NCBI GenBank assembly: GCA_937968125.1
Contig: CALBUI010000075.1
Location: 1 to 61,378, forward strand
Direction: 5' to 3'
From: an uncultured Anaerolineales bacterium
GTDB lineage: Bacteria > Chloroflexota > Anaerolineae > Anaerolineales > UBA4823
Length of the DNA: 61,378 nucleotides
The first letter of the stretch is position 1. Every line of letters begins with the position of its first letter. Under the pieces are notes generated by a model. That model was not told the origin of the DNA and ran no database searches. It was given only the letters and a program-made list of their open reading frames with translations. This document shows, piece by piece, positions 8,426 through 18,699 of this stretch. The position numbers and the translations under genes were made by a program.

Positions 8426-9208
8426 TTAGCGGACAATATTCAGCATCAAACCTAACTCATCGCTGATCAGGCGCACTTGCTGGATTGTCTCCTCCGGTGG
8501 GAAGATCAATGTTTCGTCTCCTCCGGCGCCCTCTACGCGAGTCCCTTCCAGCCAGAAGACCTCCTGCGAATCAGGCAAGTTATCCAGGACTGATTTTAAA
8601 TCCTGAACACCACTGACTGTTATTTTAACCCACCCATCCGGAGTAATAAAACTGTCTGGCGAGAGGATCTCGTCAGAAGTCTTGCTGCGGTTTGTGCCGC
8701 TGATTAAAGTGAAATGCCACCTATCTTCTTCGAGCCAGGAATATAACTCGTACCCCTTCTCTGAGGCTGGAAATTCCTCTTCCCATTCTAAGACCTCAAA
8801 AGCCCCCTCCTTGATTATCTCAATCTCAATCTGCGAACCACCCTCTGCTGAGATGGTGTGTGTGCCAGGCATTAAATCCACCGGCACTTTCAATTTTGCC
8901 TCACAGTGGTTTACCATGCAGCTCAGCGACCCAACCGGTTCATTGCTTATGTGAACCGCGAAAAGTCTCTGCGATTCGTTGTAGAAATTTCCGCACTCAA
9001 TTTGGTATCCCCCGCTAGCGATGATTATTATCTCGCCACCTGCTAATATCTGCTCAGGCTGGACGGCTTGCAGCTCGGGCCAGATGATCTCCGCCTCCGT
9101 TGGGGAACACTCACTCGGTTGAGGTGTAGGCAAAGGTGGAGGTTGTTGGCATCCCACGATGAAGAGGGCACCCGCCAGCACCGAGAAAATGGTTTTGAAA
9201 CGCATCAC
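8426..9208 (-). CDS. Secreted lipoprotein, function unknown
   Basis: Signal peptide with lipobox MMRFKTIFSVLAGALFIVGC, followed by a Pro-rich linker. The start overlaps the stop of the upstream gene (ATGA). Confidence 0.6.
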   Translation of the reverse strand: MMRFKTIFSVLAGALFIVGCQQPPPLPTPQPSECSPTEAEIIWPELQAVQPEQILAGGEIIIIASGGYQIECGNFYNESQRLFAVHISNEPVGSLSCMVNHCEAKLKVPVDLMPGTHTISAEGGSQIEIEIIKEGAFEVLEWEEEFPASEKGYELYSWLEEDRWHFTLISGTNRSKTSDEILSPDSFITPDGWVKITVSGVQDLKSVLDNLPDSQEVFWLEGTRVEGAGGDETLIFPPEETIQQVRLISDELGLMLNIVR

Positions 9209-9822
9209 AGCCTGGTGTAGTAGAGCGCCTCCAGGAAAAGCCCATGATCTTTACTGGTCTTATCCTCGAAATACAGCTCTTTGAGCGGGCCGCCAAAGCG
9301 GATATGCATCCCATCCAGCCGTTTTGTCCCCCTGGTGGTGGCGATCACCGTCCTGGAAGTACCCAAATCCGGCGAGTCATAAACTTCATACACGTCAAAC
9401 TGGTCAAATATCGGTACCAGAACGATCACCGGGACGACCAGAACAATGAACCCGGTGAATTGAGTTTTGTCCTCAACGAAGGCTGGGTACCCCGAGACGA
9501 TCGCCATTTCTCCGGCGCTGCCCTGAGATTCAACTATTGAAGGGCTGTAACTGACCGGTTTTTGAGCAAGGTACTTTTCCAGCAGGTCTGGTGAGAGGCT
9601 GGACACAATCTCGTCCCTCTGGTCGGACGGCAAATCCTTCAACCCCATCTCAAAGTGTAAGAATGCTTTTGCGCCGGTCGAATAAACGCCTGCTGCTCTC
9701 GCCAGTTCGGAGTGGTCGATGACCTCGTCACCTGATCTGGCAAACATATTGTAGAAGCGACCGCCATTATCAAGGGCACGTCGCGCCCCAAGTAGTGTTT
9801 TGTATGGCTGCAGTTCGCGCAT
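9205..9822 (-). CDS. Hypothetical protein
   Basis: 205-aa ORF, translationally coupled to the lipoprotein gene. No motif recognised. Confidence 0.45.
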   Translation of the reverse strand: MRELQPYKTLLGARRALDNGGRFYNMFARSGDEVIDHSELARAAGVYSTGAKAFLHFEMGLKDLPSDQRDEIVSSLSPDLLEKYLAQKPVSYSPSIVESQGSAGEMAIVSGYPAFVEDKTQFTGFIVLVVPVIVLVPIFDQFDVYEVYDSPDLGTSRTVIATTRGTKRLDGMHIRFGGPLKELYFEDKTSKDHGLFLEALYYTRL

Positions 9823-9958
9823 GCTCTACCTCGGTTCCAGATATTTCTTGATTAAATAATATACCCCCAAGAATTAACCGCGGTTCATGGTTGCCTCAGA
9901 CTGTAGTGATTTAGCCTTTGCTTCAAGTAATTCTCTAGATGCAATAAAACAGGGAAGA

Positions 9959-11044
9959 TTATCCTGGTGCTGATTCCTCCTCCTCAGCATCCTCTTCAGC
10001 TTCAGTTTTGGGTTCTTTGGAGCTCATCAAGCGCGCGATCCAGTGGTTCTGGTCATCTGCCTCCAGGACTAATTCTTTGAACATTAATGTCATCGGTAAT
10101 CCCAGGATCGCCCCTACAGGACCCAGAACAGCCGCCCAGAAAATGACCGAAAAAATTACCATGAACGGTGAGAGATTTAATCCTTCACCCATATACTTCG
10201 GTTTGACTACGTTTTCTGCAAACCCGTTGATCAGCACGATGCCCAGAAAAACGAGCAAGGCATTCACCGGCCCATTTTCAAGCAGGGCAAGCAATGAGGG
10301 TGGGATGGCTGCTAACCAGAAACCAAGCGTGGGGATGTAGCTCATCAGAAAAGCCAGGATACCCCACAGGACTGGAAAACTCACTCCCATAATTATGAAC
10401 CAGATAATATCTAAAACACCGGTTGTCAGGCCCACAATGGTGGTGATGATGATGTACTTGCGCAGCGACTCGCTGACCTGAAAATACCGCTGCAGGTAGG
10501 CGTTGCCAGACTTGATCTCCTCAGCCAGTTTTTCGGGTGCGTTGAAGGCATCCAATAACAAAAAGATGACCAGCAAACCGAGTAAGAGCAGGTTGCTTAC
10601 CGTTCCGAACAAGCCAGATATAAAACTCCCCAGCGCGCTCAGCAGCTGTTCCGGGTTAATGTAAGAAAATATCGAATCAGAGTCTGGTGTGATCAAACCC
10701 TGCGCGCTCAACGTCTCTTGAAAATCAGAGATCGTAGTTTCAATCTCCCCCGCATACTGGGGGATTTCTTCAATAAAGCGGTCCATCGCCACCACCAAAA
10801 CCAGTGTGAAGGCGGCAAACACTGCCAGGATAGCTATCAGGGTCAATGCAAATGAGAGCCAAACCGGGGCGCCTTTGTTGACTAGCCAGTGGAGCAGTGG
10901 GCTGGCAACAAGTACGATGATCCAGGCCAGGAACAAGGAGCTGATCAATTCGGCCCCTTCGCGCATGAACATCAGGGCGAGCCCTGCCGCAGCAATGGAG
11001 ATCAATACCCGCATGGTGAAAGATAGCGATGAATTATTCTGCAT
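9959..11044 (-). CDS. AI-2E family transporter (PerM/UPF0118)
   Basis: About 8 TM helices and the family C-terminal pattern ENVVKPKYMGEGLNLSPFMVIFSVIFWAAVLGPVGAILGLPMT. Confidence 0.8.
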   Translation of the reverse strand: MQNNSSLSFTMRVLISIAAAGLALMFMREGAELISSLFLAWIIVLVASPLLHWLVNKGAPVWLSFALTLIAILAVFAAFTLVLVVAMDRFIEEIPQYAGEIETTISDFQETLSAQGLITPDSDSIFSYINPEQLLSALGSFISGLFGTVSNLLLLGLLVIFLLLDAFNAPEKLAEEIKSGNAYLQRYFQVSESLRKYIIITTIVGLTTGVLDIIWFIIMGVSFPVLWGILAFLMSYIPTLGFWLAAIPPSLLALLENGPVNALLVFLGIVLINGFAENVVKPKYMGEGLNLSPFMVIFSVIFWAAVLGPVGAILGLPMTLMFKELVLEADDQNHWIARLMSSKEPKTEAEEDAEEEESAPG

Positions 11045-11153
11045 TTTGCATTCCCTTAATAGCTGAGCCCGGGAGAATCGAGTGAGATGATCTCTACCAG
11101 GTCTTAATTGATTACCGAATTATAATCCCGGGTTTCATCCCGGATGGATCTGT

Positions 11154-12182
11154 TTAATTCTCCAGGCTTTCGCTGTGTGCTTTCAGAACCCGTAAAGCGC
11201 GCAGCGTGACCCATTTATTAGGTTTTCTCACCTCCCCAAAATCCAACCAGGTCTTTCCGGTGTAGTGATATTCCAGCGACCATCTGCCTTGATCATCCTT
11301 CTTATCGCGAATGATCTCTATGGCATTGGCTAAGCGTGGATCACCACCATATCCCAAAGCCACCAGGGTTTCCACATTCTGCAGTAGATCGGTTATATAA
11401 AAGACCGGGAAACCAAATTTCCACCAGTTGCGGCTGGGTTTATCCGTCCAGCCAGTGGGGTAATCTGCTTCTGCCGGATCCACGCTGAAGAGAAAATCAA
11501 CTCCATGCTGGATAGCCCGCTCAATCAAGGGGGTACGTTTCTCTGCGGGCAGTTGACTGAACGCCAGCATTACCTTGACCCCTCCCCAGGCGCAGGGCAG
11601 CTTATTGTTCGACCCGCAGGCAAAGGTCGGCCCACATTGGCTGGCATAAAACCGCAAGGGGGCTTTGGGCTCGGTATTAGGCGCTAGCCCATCCCCGGTG
11701 ACAGTGCGCGCCATCCATTCAAAAGCCTTCTCTAATCCAGGATCTTCGTATCCCAATTCCAGGAACGCCCAGCACATGTTGCCTTGTAAGCAATCAGCAG
11801 TTCCGGAAGGTGCCCCAGAGGCAGTAAACTGACCTCCTGCTGCAAGTCCGTGCTCGAACAGGTAAGCACAGGCACGCTCAATACGTGCATCAACTTCTGG
11901 TGAAGCGCCCAGCTGTGCCAACAGAATCAGCGACCAGACTGAGGAACGATATTTCGGGTTGTAGCCGGGTCCCGGCCTGGCCCAAAAACCATCCTCCTCC
12001 ATCTCAGCTAGGATCCCAGCAATGGGGCCATCTTTATGGGCTGCCTCCCGGGCTGCCTGAAATTCGGCATCCTCTGGATTGCTGTCCAACAAATCACGCA
12101 TCGCCAGGAAGCGCACTCCGGGATCATCTGGCTCTAATAACCAGGGCAGCGTGTCCGCTTTTAGCCGATCTTGCCAATTCAT
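11154..12182 (-). CDS. Prenyltransferase/squalene-oxidase-repeat-like (alpha/alpha-toroid) protein
   Basis: The N-terminal LPWLLEPDDPGVRFLAMRDLL and repeated aromatic/Gly-rich segments resemble terpenoid-cyclase-fold proteins. Tentative. Confidence 0.4.
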   Translation of the reverse strand: MNWQDRLKADTLPWLLEPDDPGVRFLAMRDLLDSNPEDAEFQAAREAAHKDGPIAGILAEMEEDGFWARPGPGYNPKYRSSVWSLILLAQLGASPEVDARIERACAYLFEHGLAAGGQFTASGAPSGTADCLQGNMCWAFLELGYEDPGLEKAFEWMARTVTGDGLAPNTEPKAPLRFYASQCGPTFACGSNNKLPCAWGGVKVMLAFSQLPAEKRTPLIERAIQHGVDFLFSVDPAEADYPTGWTDKPSRNWWKFGFPVFYITDLLQNVETLVALGYGGDPRLANAIEIIRDKKDDQGRWSLEYHYTGKTWLDFGEVRKPNKWVTLRALRVLKAHSESLEN

Positions 12183-12742
12183 GTTTTCCTTCCCTTCCCG
12201 ATCTTAAAAGTCCAAACACAACCGCCTTCTTCCCAACTCACCTCCGCAGGAACAATGCCCATCTTCGTCGAGGGATGCTCCGGATGGGTGAGATGCATCT
12301 TTTCCACTTCGCATATCTCCCTACCTTCAAAATCAAGGTCGCATTTTTCAGCGATCTCATTTTGTTTCTCCAATCGCAGGCAGTTTTTGAACCGGACGGT
12401 CATCTCGCCGTTCTCCACCTCAGATACTTCATATTCTCCTGGCCGATGCATCATTTGATCCGAGTACAATACCGCGTAGATGGCTTGCTTTAATACCATA
12501 TTCGGCGTTAGCTTCGTAGCTGCTTTTCCCATCACTTCCGCAATTGGACCCATGAATCTACCCATCATTTTGCCATACGCTTCAACAGTATCATCAACCC
12601 AATCCTGGACAGTCCCCAACCTCTTGTGCGTCTTATAGCTGATGGCGTGGTCCAGGGTGAAGAAATCGTGCACCCGGTCCCATTTCTCTTCAATGGGCAT
12701 CTCCTTTAGTTGTGGTTCGATCGGTGTTTCTAGATCAGCCAT
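12179..12742 (-). CDS. Hypothetical protein
   Basis: 187-aa ORF; its stop overlaps the next start (ATGA). It is Cys-containing in the C-terminal part (CLRLEK..CDLDFEGREIC..GGCVWTF). Confidence 0.45.
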   Translation of the reverse strand: MADLETPIEPQLKEMPIEEKWDRVHDFFTLDHAISYKTHKRLGTVQDWVDDTVEAYGKMMGRFMGPIAEVMGKAATKLTPNMVLKQAIYAVLYSDQMMHRPGEYEVSEVENGEMTVRFKNCLRLEKQNEIAEKCDLDFEGREICEVEKMHLTHPEHPSTKMGIVPAEVSWEEGGCVWTFKIGKGRKT

Positions 12743-12797
12743 CTATTACCTCCAATCTACGGGTGAAAAAATAACACAATTCCATTTATTCACCGTC

Positions 12798-13502
12798 TCA
12801 GCTGAGCAATGCCTTCCAATCCAATCCCCCGAGGTTGTTGATCACCTGGTCAACTCCATCTATCTGCTTGTGCTCGACATTCTCCCCAGAGCTTACCGCC
12901 ACAACGTATCCTATTCCGGCCGACCGCGCAGATTGAATCCCGGACAGCGAATCTTCCACCACAATGCAGGCGGCTGGCTGCAGCAACAATCTTTTTGCCG
13001 CCTGCAAATAAACCTCAGGCGCAGGTTTCCCTGGATTGCTACCATCATCATAAACGATTTCACGGGGATCAAACCACCGGTCGAGCAGCAGCTGCTCTCG
13101 AAAAAAATCGATGTTTTCTTTTCCTGAGGCAGTGGCTATCGTGCGGGGTATCTCGTATGCTGCCAGCTGATTCAATAAAATTTCAGCTCCTGGAGACAAC
13201 TTGAATTCATCCCCCAGAGCCAGACAAAGATCGCGGTAGTAGCTCTCCTTTTGCTCGCTGAGCTGCCTCACTTCGTTCTTATCTAGTTCTCTCTTCGAAA
13301 GGAACTCCAAAGTATGGCGATTGTTGCGCCCGTGAACCTCGGTTTCCAGCAACTCATCGGTAAGCGAAATCCCAAACTGCTGCTTAGCAAACCGTCGCCA
13401 GGCCTGCTCCTGAAGCACGCGATCCCACCATAAGACACCATTGAAATCAAAAATGATGCCAGAATATTTCCTCCCGATTCTCAACCCGGAATTGATTTTC
13501 AA
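12798..13502 (-). CDS. HAD-superfamily hydrolase (subfamily IA, beta-phosphoglucomutase-like)
   Basis: Motif I as IIFDFNGVL (DxN variant of DxD) and motif III/IV as VVEDSLSGIQSARSAGIG. Confidence 0.75.
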   Translation of the reverse strand: MKINSGLRIGRKYSGIIFDFNGVLWWDRVLQEQAWRRFAKQQFGISLTDELLETEVHGRNNRHTLEFLSKRELDKNEVRQLSEQKESYYRDLCLALGDEFKLSPGAEILLNQLAAYEIPRTIATASGKENIDFFREQLLLDRWFDPREIVYDDGSNPGKPAPEVYLQAAKRLLLQPAACIVVEDSLSGIQSARSAGIGYVVAVSSGENVEHKQIDGVDQVINNLGGLDWKALLS

Positions 13503-13505
13503 TCT

Positions 13506-14141
13506 CTAGTCAAGTTCCTTAATCACCCGGCAGGGATTCCCGGCCGCGAACACGCCCTCCGGGATATCTTTCGTCAATACGCTGCCCGCACCGATGACGC
13601 TCTGCGAACCAATCGTCACCCCGGGGCTGATCACTGCACTGCCGCCGATCCACACATCTGATCCGATCTCGATCGATTTGGCGAACTCCAGCCCCGTCCT
13701 GCGTTCAAGGTAAGCGGTTGGATGGGTCGCGGTGTAGATCTGGACGTTGGGGCCAAAAAGGGTATTACTCCCGATTACCACCGGGGCCGGATCTAAAATG
13801 ACACAGTTAAAATTAAAGAAGACGTAATCGCCCAAGGTGATATTAGAACCATAATCACAATAAAATGGTGGTTCGATCCAGGTTCCCTCCCCAATGGATC
13901 CGAATAATTGGCTGATGATCGCAGCTCTGCGTTCTTGCTCCTCATCCCAGGAATCATTCAGCTCTTTGAGCAGATTCCGTGCCCGGCGTCTCTCGGATGA
14001 AAGATCTGGGTCCAGGGCATTGTACATCTCTCCAGCCAACATCTTTTGTTTTTCCGTTTTCAATGAAAAACCTCCTGCTCGCTTCTGTAGTAATAGCCCG
14101 AAGGACTCGGGTAGAAATCTATTTTCCCACAACAAGCTCAT
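13506..14141 (-). CDS. Sugar O-acetyltransferase (maltose/galactoside acetyltransferase family, hexapeptide repeat)
   Basis: The N-terminal KMLAGEMYNALDPDL..ERRRARNLLKELN and hexapeptide repeats IGSDVWIGGSAVISPGVTIGSQSVIGAGSVL. Confidence 0.8.
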   Translation of the reverse strand: MSLLWENRFLPESFGLLLQKRAGGFSLKTEKQKMLAGEMYNALDPDLSSERRRARNLLKELNDSWDEEQERRAAIISQLFGSIGEGTWIEPPFYCDYGSNITLGDYVFFNFNCVILDPAPVVIGSNTLFGPNVQIYTATHPTAYLERRTGLEFAKSIEIGSDVWIGGSAVISPGVTIGSQSVIGAGSVLTKDIPEGVFAAGNPCRVIKELD

Positions 14142-14590
14142 TTAGCAAATATTTCATTATGGTCTGCTTTAAATTGGTTTTCTCTTTTGATGAATCCATC
14201 CAACAAGAAAAGGGTACCCAACAGAAATAAAGGCCCAGAGATGATCAGATATACCTCCCATCCGTCAGGTTCCCAGAAGAGCACAATATACAAAATGCCT
14301 AGCAGGATGAACAGAACGCCGCCAATCCATTCCCAACGCCAGGCTATCGCCAACGCGAGCAAGAATATCGCAGTAGGGATAAGGTGCATTAATAACGCCC
14401 AGATGGTCTCCCAAAAACTATATCCTTCCATGAAAACATCCAACGCAAACAAGCTGATAAAGATGGCGAAAAGAAGGCCCAATACCCTCGGCGTCCAATA
14501 TAGAACTTTCTTGACCGTCTCGTTCACCGGGATTCTCTCCTTTAACCTTTCAGGTGGCCTGACCCAATTACTGGTTTGATCTGCGCTCAA
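14138..14590 (-). CDS. Integral membrane protein, function unknown
   Basis: 150-aa ORF with 4 hydrophobic helices, coupled by ATGA to the acetyltransferase gene. Confidence 0.5.
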   Translation of the reverse strand: MSADQTSNWVRPPERLKERIPVNETVKKVLYWTPRVLGLLFAIFISLFALDVFMEGYSFWETIWALLMHLIPTAIFLLALAIAWRWEWIGGVLFILLGILYIVLFWEPDGWEVYLIISGPLFLLGTLFLLDGFIKRENQFKADHNEIFAK

Positions 14591-14644
14591 GACAGTGAAT
14601 TCATATCGATAAAAGCGCTCACAGCATCAAATTCAGCGTACCTT

Positions 14645-15283
14645 TTATATTTCTTGGAGATGCACGCTCTTGATCCAGCCTTGTGGAAATTGTTTCTCGG
14701 GATTGGTCAACAGTGCTATTGCCTTGGCAGTCCTCGATCTGATCGCCACACTGGGATCATTTTGCAGCTGCGAGAGCCGGTTGAGCATGCGCTGGTTTTC
14801 TCCCGGGTATTTACGGCCGATGATGCACAGGCTGGCGATCGCCCAGCTTTTAGTAAATACACTTTCATCTTCGAGCAAGGTGTAAAGGACTGAAATCAGT
14901 TGCTCAATAGAATCCTCGAAAACCGCCAGGTGTCCAAATATCATCGCCAGGTGCATCTTTACCGCCGGCACCTTTTCCGTCTCAGCCAGATCGATCATCT
15001 GCTGGAGGTGCCTGATCAGCAAATCAGGTCTTTCCCGGGCAACTTTTTCGAGTGCATCTGCCGTCCGCGCGCGTATGACCTTATCCGATTCACTCAAACC
15101 GGCTAACAGGTCGCCAAATATTTTGGGGTTCTCCAGCACCACCTGGGCAGCTTCGTTTGCCATCCCGTCAGAGCGCACATCACCGCCAGAAAGCCAGGTC
15201 AGGATTTGATTCGTTTCGTTTGCAGTTATTTTCTTCTCCTCCGCATGAGCACCCACAGTAGGAAGAACGTCGCCGCAGGCCAC
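14645..15283 (-). CDS. HEAT/ARM-repeat protein (DNA-alkylation-repair-like fold)
   Basis: Repeated helical units with VRARTADALEKV.. and VAIRSRTAKAIALL. The 5' end overlaps the upstream gene by 58 nt, so the true start is uncertain. Confidence 0.45.
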   Translation of the reverse strand: MACGDVLPTVGAHAEEKKITANETNQILTWLSGGDVRSDGMANEAAQVVLENPKIFGDLLAGLSESDKVIRARTADALEKVARERPDLLIRHLQQMIDLAETEKVPAVKMHLAMIFGHLAVFEDSIEQLISVLYTLLEDESVFTKSWAIASLCIIGRKYPGENQRMLNRLSQLQNDPSVAIRSRTAKAIALLTNPEKQFPQGWIKSVHLQEI

Positions 15284-15819
15284 ACCCAGGCCAGTTCTCC
15301 AGGCCCTCCCGGACCGGTCAAGGCTTTTGGTCGCTGGATGCGGATCAGGCGGTAGCTTTCCAATAGCTCAAGCAAATCCTGATCGGATAGATTTTTTTGA
15401 TTGGCACCAAACAAGGGGCCCGCAAAACCGCTGGCGCGGAGCACCTGCCGGATAATTTTGGTATTCCCCTCCATTTCGGATACATCCTCGGCGATCCCAG
15501 CCCACCGGCCATCCGGCAGCCATACCTCCACCTCTGGATTGGCCATGATGTTCAGGTACCAATCAGATACCCTGCCAAATCCAGCAGTACAGTAGATTTC
15601 TCCATCAACGATGGCGTAGTTCAACGGCGTGTGACGCGTGAGTCCCGTCTTACGACCGGTGTGCTTGATGACCAAATAAGAGCCGCCAAAGGAGGTCCCG
15701 TTGCCCCACGAACCCAAACCCAGGCGCCAGAGCAGCAGCATAAAGCGGTTAAAGGATTTGAAAATGCTCCGGAGGCTATCTTCCGAGACTTTCATCCCGG
15801 CTATTTGATATTCATACAT
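15226..15819 (-). CDS. Nitroreductase-family deazaflavin (F420)-dependent oxidoreductase-like protein
   Basis: The core LVIKHTGRKTGLTRHTPLNYAIVDGEIYCTAGFGRVSDWYLNIMANPEVEV matches the DUF385/Ddn-like split-barrel family. Confidence 0.6.
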   Translation of the reverse strand: MYEYQIAGMKVSEDSLRSIFKSFNRFMLLLWRLGLGSWGNGTSFGGSYLVIKHTGRKTGLTRHTPLNYAIVDGEIYCTAGFGRVSDWYLNIMANPEVEVWLPDGRWAGIAEDVSEMEGNTKIIRQVLRASGFAGPLFGANQKNLSDQDLLELLESYRLIRIQRPKALTGPGGPGELAWVWPAATFFLLWVLMRRRRK

Positions 15820-16031
15820 GACTACCCCTTTCTCGGTACTCTCTCAGTTCTCCGGTCTGTTGACCAGACTGTTTCACTCAGTTTACAGGAAAACAATATG
15901 TGAAGTCAATCACGAACAGTACAGTAAGCTCAAATACTTAGCAATCTGAGTCCATTCATGAATAACCCCTGTCAGAGCAAAACAATGAAGTTAATTGGTT
16001 CTTAGCGTGAGAATAAACAGCTCAAATGTGG

Positions 16032-16775
16032 CTACCGGCTGGCCAGTCCGCCTGCCGTTTCTCCCCCATCAATCACATAACAACCCCCGGTGATATAGGC
16101 CGCCTCCTCTGAACACAAGAAAGCGAACAGGGCTGCCACCTCTTCTGGTTTTGCGTGCCTGCCCAAGGGGATCTTCTGGTTGACCTCAGCCAGCATCTCC
16201 GGCGTGTATTCTGCCTCCTGCATAGGGGTCATCACGTACCCGGGACAAACAGCTACTACCCGTATCCGGGGAGCCAGCTCGAGCGCCATTGAGCGGGTGA
16301 GCTCTATCACTCCTGCTTTGGAGGCGTTGTAATCAGCATAATAAGGATAGCCCAGCAAGCCATTGGTCGAAGCCATGTTGGCGATCACCCCCAGCTCCAT
16401 CCGCTGGGCAGCTGCCTGAGCCACATAAAAGAGCCCATTAAGATTGACATCGATCACTCGCCGCCATTCTTCGGGCGTGATATCTTTGAATGCATGGCGC
16501 AGGCTGATCCCGGCATTATTGATCAGGATATCCAATCCTCCCAACAGCCTATCAATTTCGTCAAAAGCAATTTCGACCTGTACGGGATCAGAAACATCTG
16601 CCTGGATGAACCCGCTCAATCCAGGCATTTCCTCCTTTATTCGTCTCCCGGCTTTTTCATCTTGGTCGAGAATGAGTACCTGTGCCCCCTCTTCCAAAAA
16701 ACGGAACGCGGTCGCTTTTCCAATCCCGCTCGCCCCACCGGTGATCAAGGTGCGTTTCTCAGTTAAACCACGCAT
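16032..16775 (-). CDS. SDR-family oxidoreductase (FabG-like)
   Basis: TGGASGIGKA cofactor motif, NNAG, and the catalytic YxxxK in YNASKAG. Confidence 0.85.
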   Translation of the reverse strand: MRGLTEKRTLITGGASGIGKATAFRFLEEGAQVLILDQDEKAGRRIKEEMPGLSGFIQADVSDPVQVEIAFDEIDRLLGGLDILINNAGISLRHAFKDITPEEWRRVIDVNLNGLFYVAQAAAQRMELGVIANMASTNGLLGYPYYADYNASKAGVIELTRSMALELAPRIRVVAVCPGYVMTPMQEAEYTPEMLAEVNQKIPLGRHAKPEEVAALFAFLCSEEAAYITGGCYVIDGGETAGGLASR

Positions 16776-16784
16776 CCTGCCTCC

Positions 16785-17345
16785 TTAGACGCTGAACTTC
16801 TTCACATCCCCGGTAAACTTCCCTACATTCATCATGAACTCGGTCTGCGGGATATTGATCCCATAAAGGGTGATGTGGATTAACTCGGTAATTATCCCGC
16901 TCATCTGGCGTGTATCGAGGTACACATAACTAACAAAACCACCTCCGGCCGTTTTGAAATTCGCTTCCAAGAGAACCTCCAGCCCCAACTGCTCAGCCTT
17001 ATCGAGTTTGGCATCCAAATCGCTGACATAAAAGCCCAGATGGTGGAGACCTGGCCCGTACCTATCCAGAAATTCCGTATACACAGGAGCTTGTCGGCTT
17101 TTTTCCTCGAAGATCTCAAGTTGCAACTTCCCCGAATATCCGAAAGCGATATTAAATTCCAGATCCAGTTCCTTCCCTCCGAGTTTAAACTTCTTTTCAG
17201 CATACAAGGGTTCAAACCAGGTATTTATGTTGTACAGTGACTCATAAGCTGGCAGCGAGTCTTGAATGTCATGCACGATGAAACCAAGCTGGCCAACTTT
17301 GGGCAGGCCAAGCTTTTGTTCGAGTATTGAATTGTCAAGCTCCAT
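16785..17345 (-). CDS. VOC family protein
   Basis: Two VOC modules (LGFIVHDIQDS... and LHHLGFYVSDLDAKLDKAEQLG). Confidence 0.65.
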   Translation of the reverse strand: MELDNSILEQKLGLPKVGQLGFIVHDIQDSLPAYESLYNINTWFEPLYAEKKFKLGGKELDLEFNIAFGYSGKLQLEIFEEKSRQAPVYTEFLDRYGPGLHHLGFYVSDLDAKLDKAEQLGLEVLLEANFKTAGGGFVSYVYLDTRQMSGIITELIHITLYGINIPQTEFMMNVGKFTGDVKKFSV

Positions 17346-17464
17346 TACTCACCTTCTTCTGAAAGTCTGGTTAGGCTGACCGAACGGATCATAACATAAT
17401 CCAAAGTTTGCCCAATACCCACACGATGAGCTGAATTTTGAATGGATTGAGGAGATCAATTTCG

Positions 17465-18244
17465 CTAAGGTTTGTGCCCAACCACCGAGAAGATCGTGTC
17501 ATCTTCCTGGGCTGGCTCTTGACTGAACTCGCTGTACAACCTCAGGTCAGTAAATCCTGATTGGTGATAGAGATCCCGGGCCTGGCTCTGTGTATACCAG
17601 CAGGTAGCCGGAGATCGAGAGTGATACTCGGAACTGATGATCTCCCCATCGAGGGAGACTTCGTAGCGCGTCTCTGTGTGCTCCAGCTGCTTGCCCAGGT
17701 CATATCTGGCGCGCGACCAGCGGCGGATCTGGGCGCCATCACCCAGTCGTTCCATTTCCCCATCCGGCACCCATTCTGTTTGGGTTGGTGTCCCCTCCTG
17801 CCAGATGAGCATGAAAGGCATAACCAAGATCCCTCCGGGTTCGAGGTGCTCATAGAACCGGCTCATCGCTCTCCTGGCCATTTTCATCTCTGTCATGAGT
17901 TGAAAAGAGCTGGATGGCACCAGGATGACCTTATACTTGCGCGGCAGATCCAGGTCCTCCATGGACTGCTGGAAGAGAGTTGGCTTCAAACCGAGTTCGC
18001 TGGCCTTCACCTTGCAAAGGGCCAGCATCTCCGGAGAGTTGTCTACCCCATCAATATCCACACCCTCCCCCATGTAATCCAGCAGTAAACGCCCCGTGCC
18101 GCAGCCGACATCCAATACTGGCTGGCCATACTCTGTGATGATATCCCGGTAGAAAAACCGATCTACCCATCCCGATGTATCCCCCCGGAACAAGTCCCAG
18201 GTTTGGGCTAATAAGTCTCTATATTCGTAGTTAACATCGCTCAT
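17465..18244 (-). CDS. Class I SAM-dependent methyltransferase
   Basis: SAM motif I VLDVGCGTGRLLLD and the post-I acidic residue (DGVDNSPEML). Confidence 0.8.
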   Translation of the reverse strand: MSDVNYEYRDLLAQTWDLFRGDTSGWVDRFFYRDIITEYGQPVLDVGCGTGRLLLDYMGEGVDIDGVDNSPEMLALCKVKASELGLKPTLFQQSMEDLDLPRKYKVILVPSSSFQLMTEMKMARRAMSRFYEHLEPGGILVMPFMLIWQEGTPTQTEWVPDGEMERLGDGAQIRRWSRARYDLGKQLEHTETRYEVSLDGEIISSEYHSRSPATCWYTQSQARDLYHQSGFTDLRLYSEFSQEPAQEDDTIFSVVGHKP

Positions 18245-18699
18245 GATAAACCCCCTGTAAGTCTCTCATGCAATTCTTCCAGCCTGGCCGTGTAATACGG
18301 GTTCAAGGCTTTCTTCGCCTCTGCTATTGGGATCCAATAGAAATCGAACAGGATGGGAACCAACGGACCTTCGCTTGGATGGCTTTCGTAATGCTGCCAG
18401 TTTTCTGGAACCTCATCCGGGCACAGCAGGTGGTAGAAATGGCGTTGGTGCTGTTCACCTGGATTGCCGTCAAGTATTTGAATCTCGTCACAACCAAGGT
18501 AAGCTGCCAGCTGCAATCCTTCCAGTCCCGTCTCCTTCAGGGCTTCGCGCAGTACTGCCGATTCGGGCAGCTCGTCAGGCTCCAGTGTCCCTCCGGGAAC
18601 CTGGATGCCCGCCTCGGGGAAATCTACGTGGTTGAAGACCAGCAGCTGTTCGCCATGGGTGATGTAGGCATAGACTTTCTTAACCAGAGGCATAGGCAA
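18241..18699 (-). CDS. NUDIX hydrolase
   Basis: Nudix box PGGTLEPDELPESAVLREALKETGL. Confidence 0.8.
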   Translation of the reverse strand: MPMPLVKKVYAYITHGEQLLVFNHVDFPEAGIQVPGGTLEPDELPESAVLREALKETGLEGLQLAAYLGCDEIQILDGNPGEQHQRHFYHLLCPDEVPENWQHYESHPSEGPLVPILFDFYWIPIAEAKKALNPYYTARLEELHERLTGGLS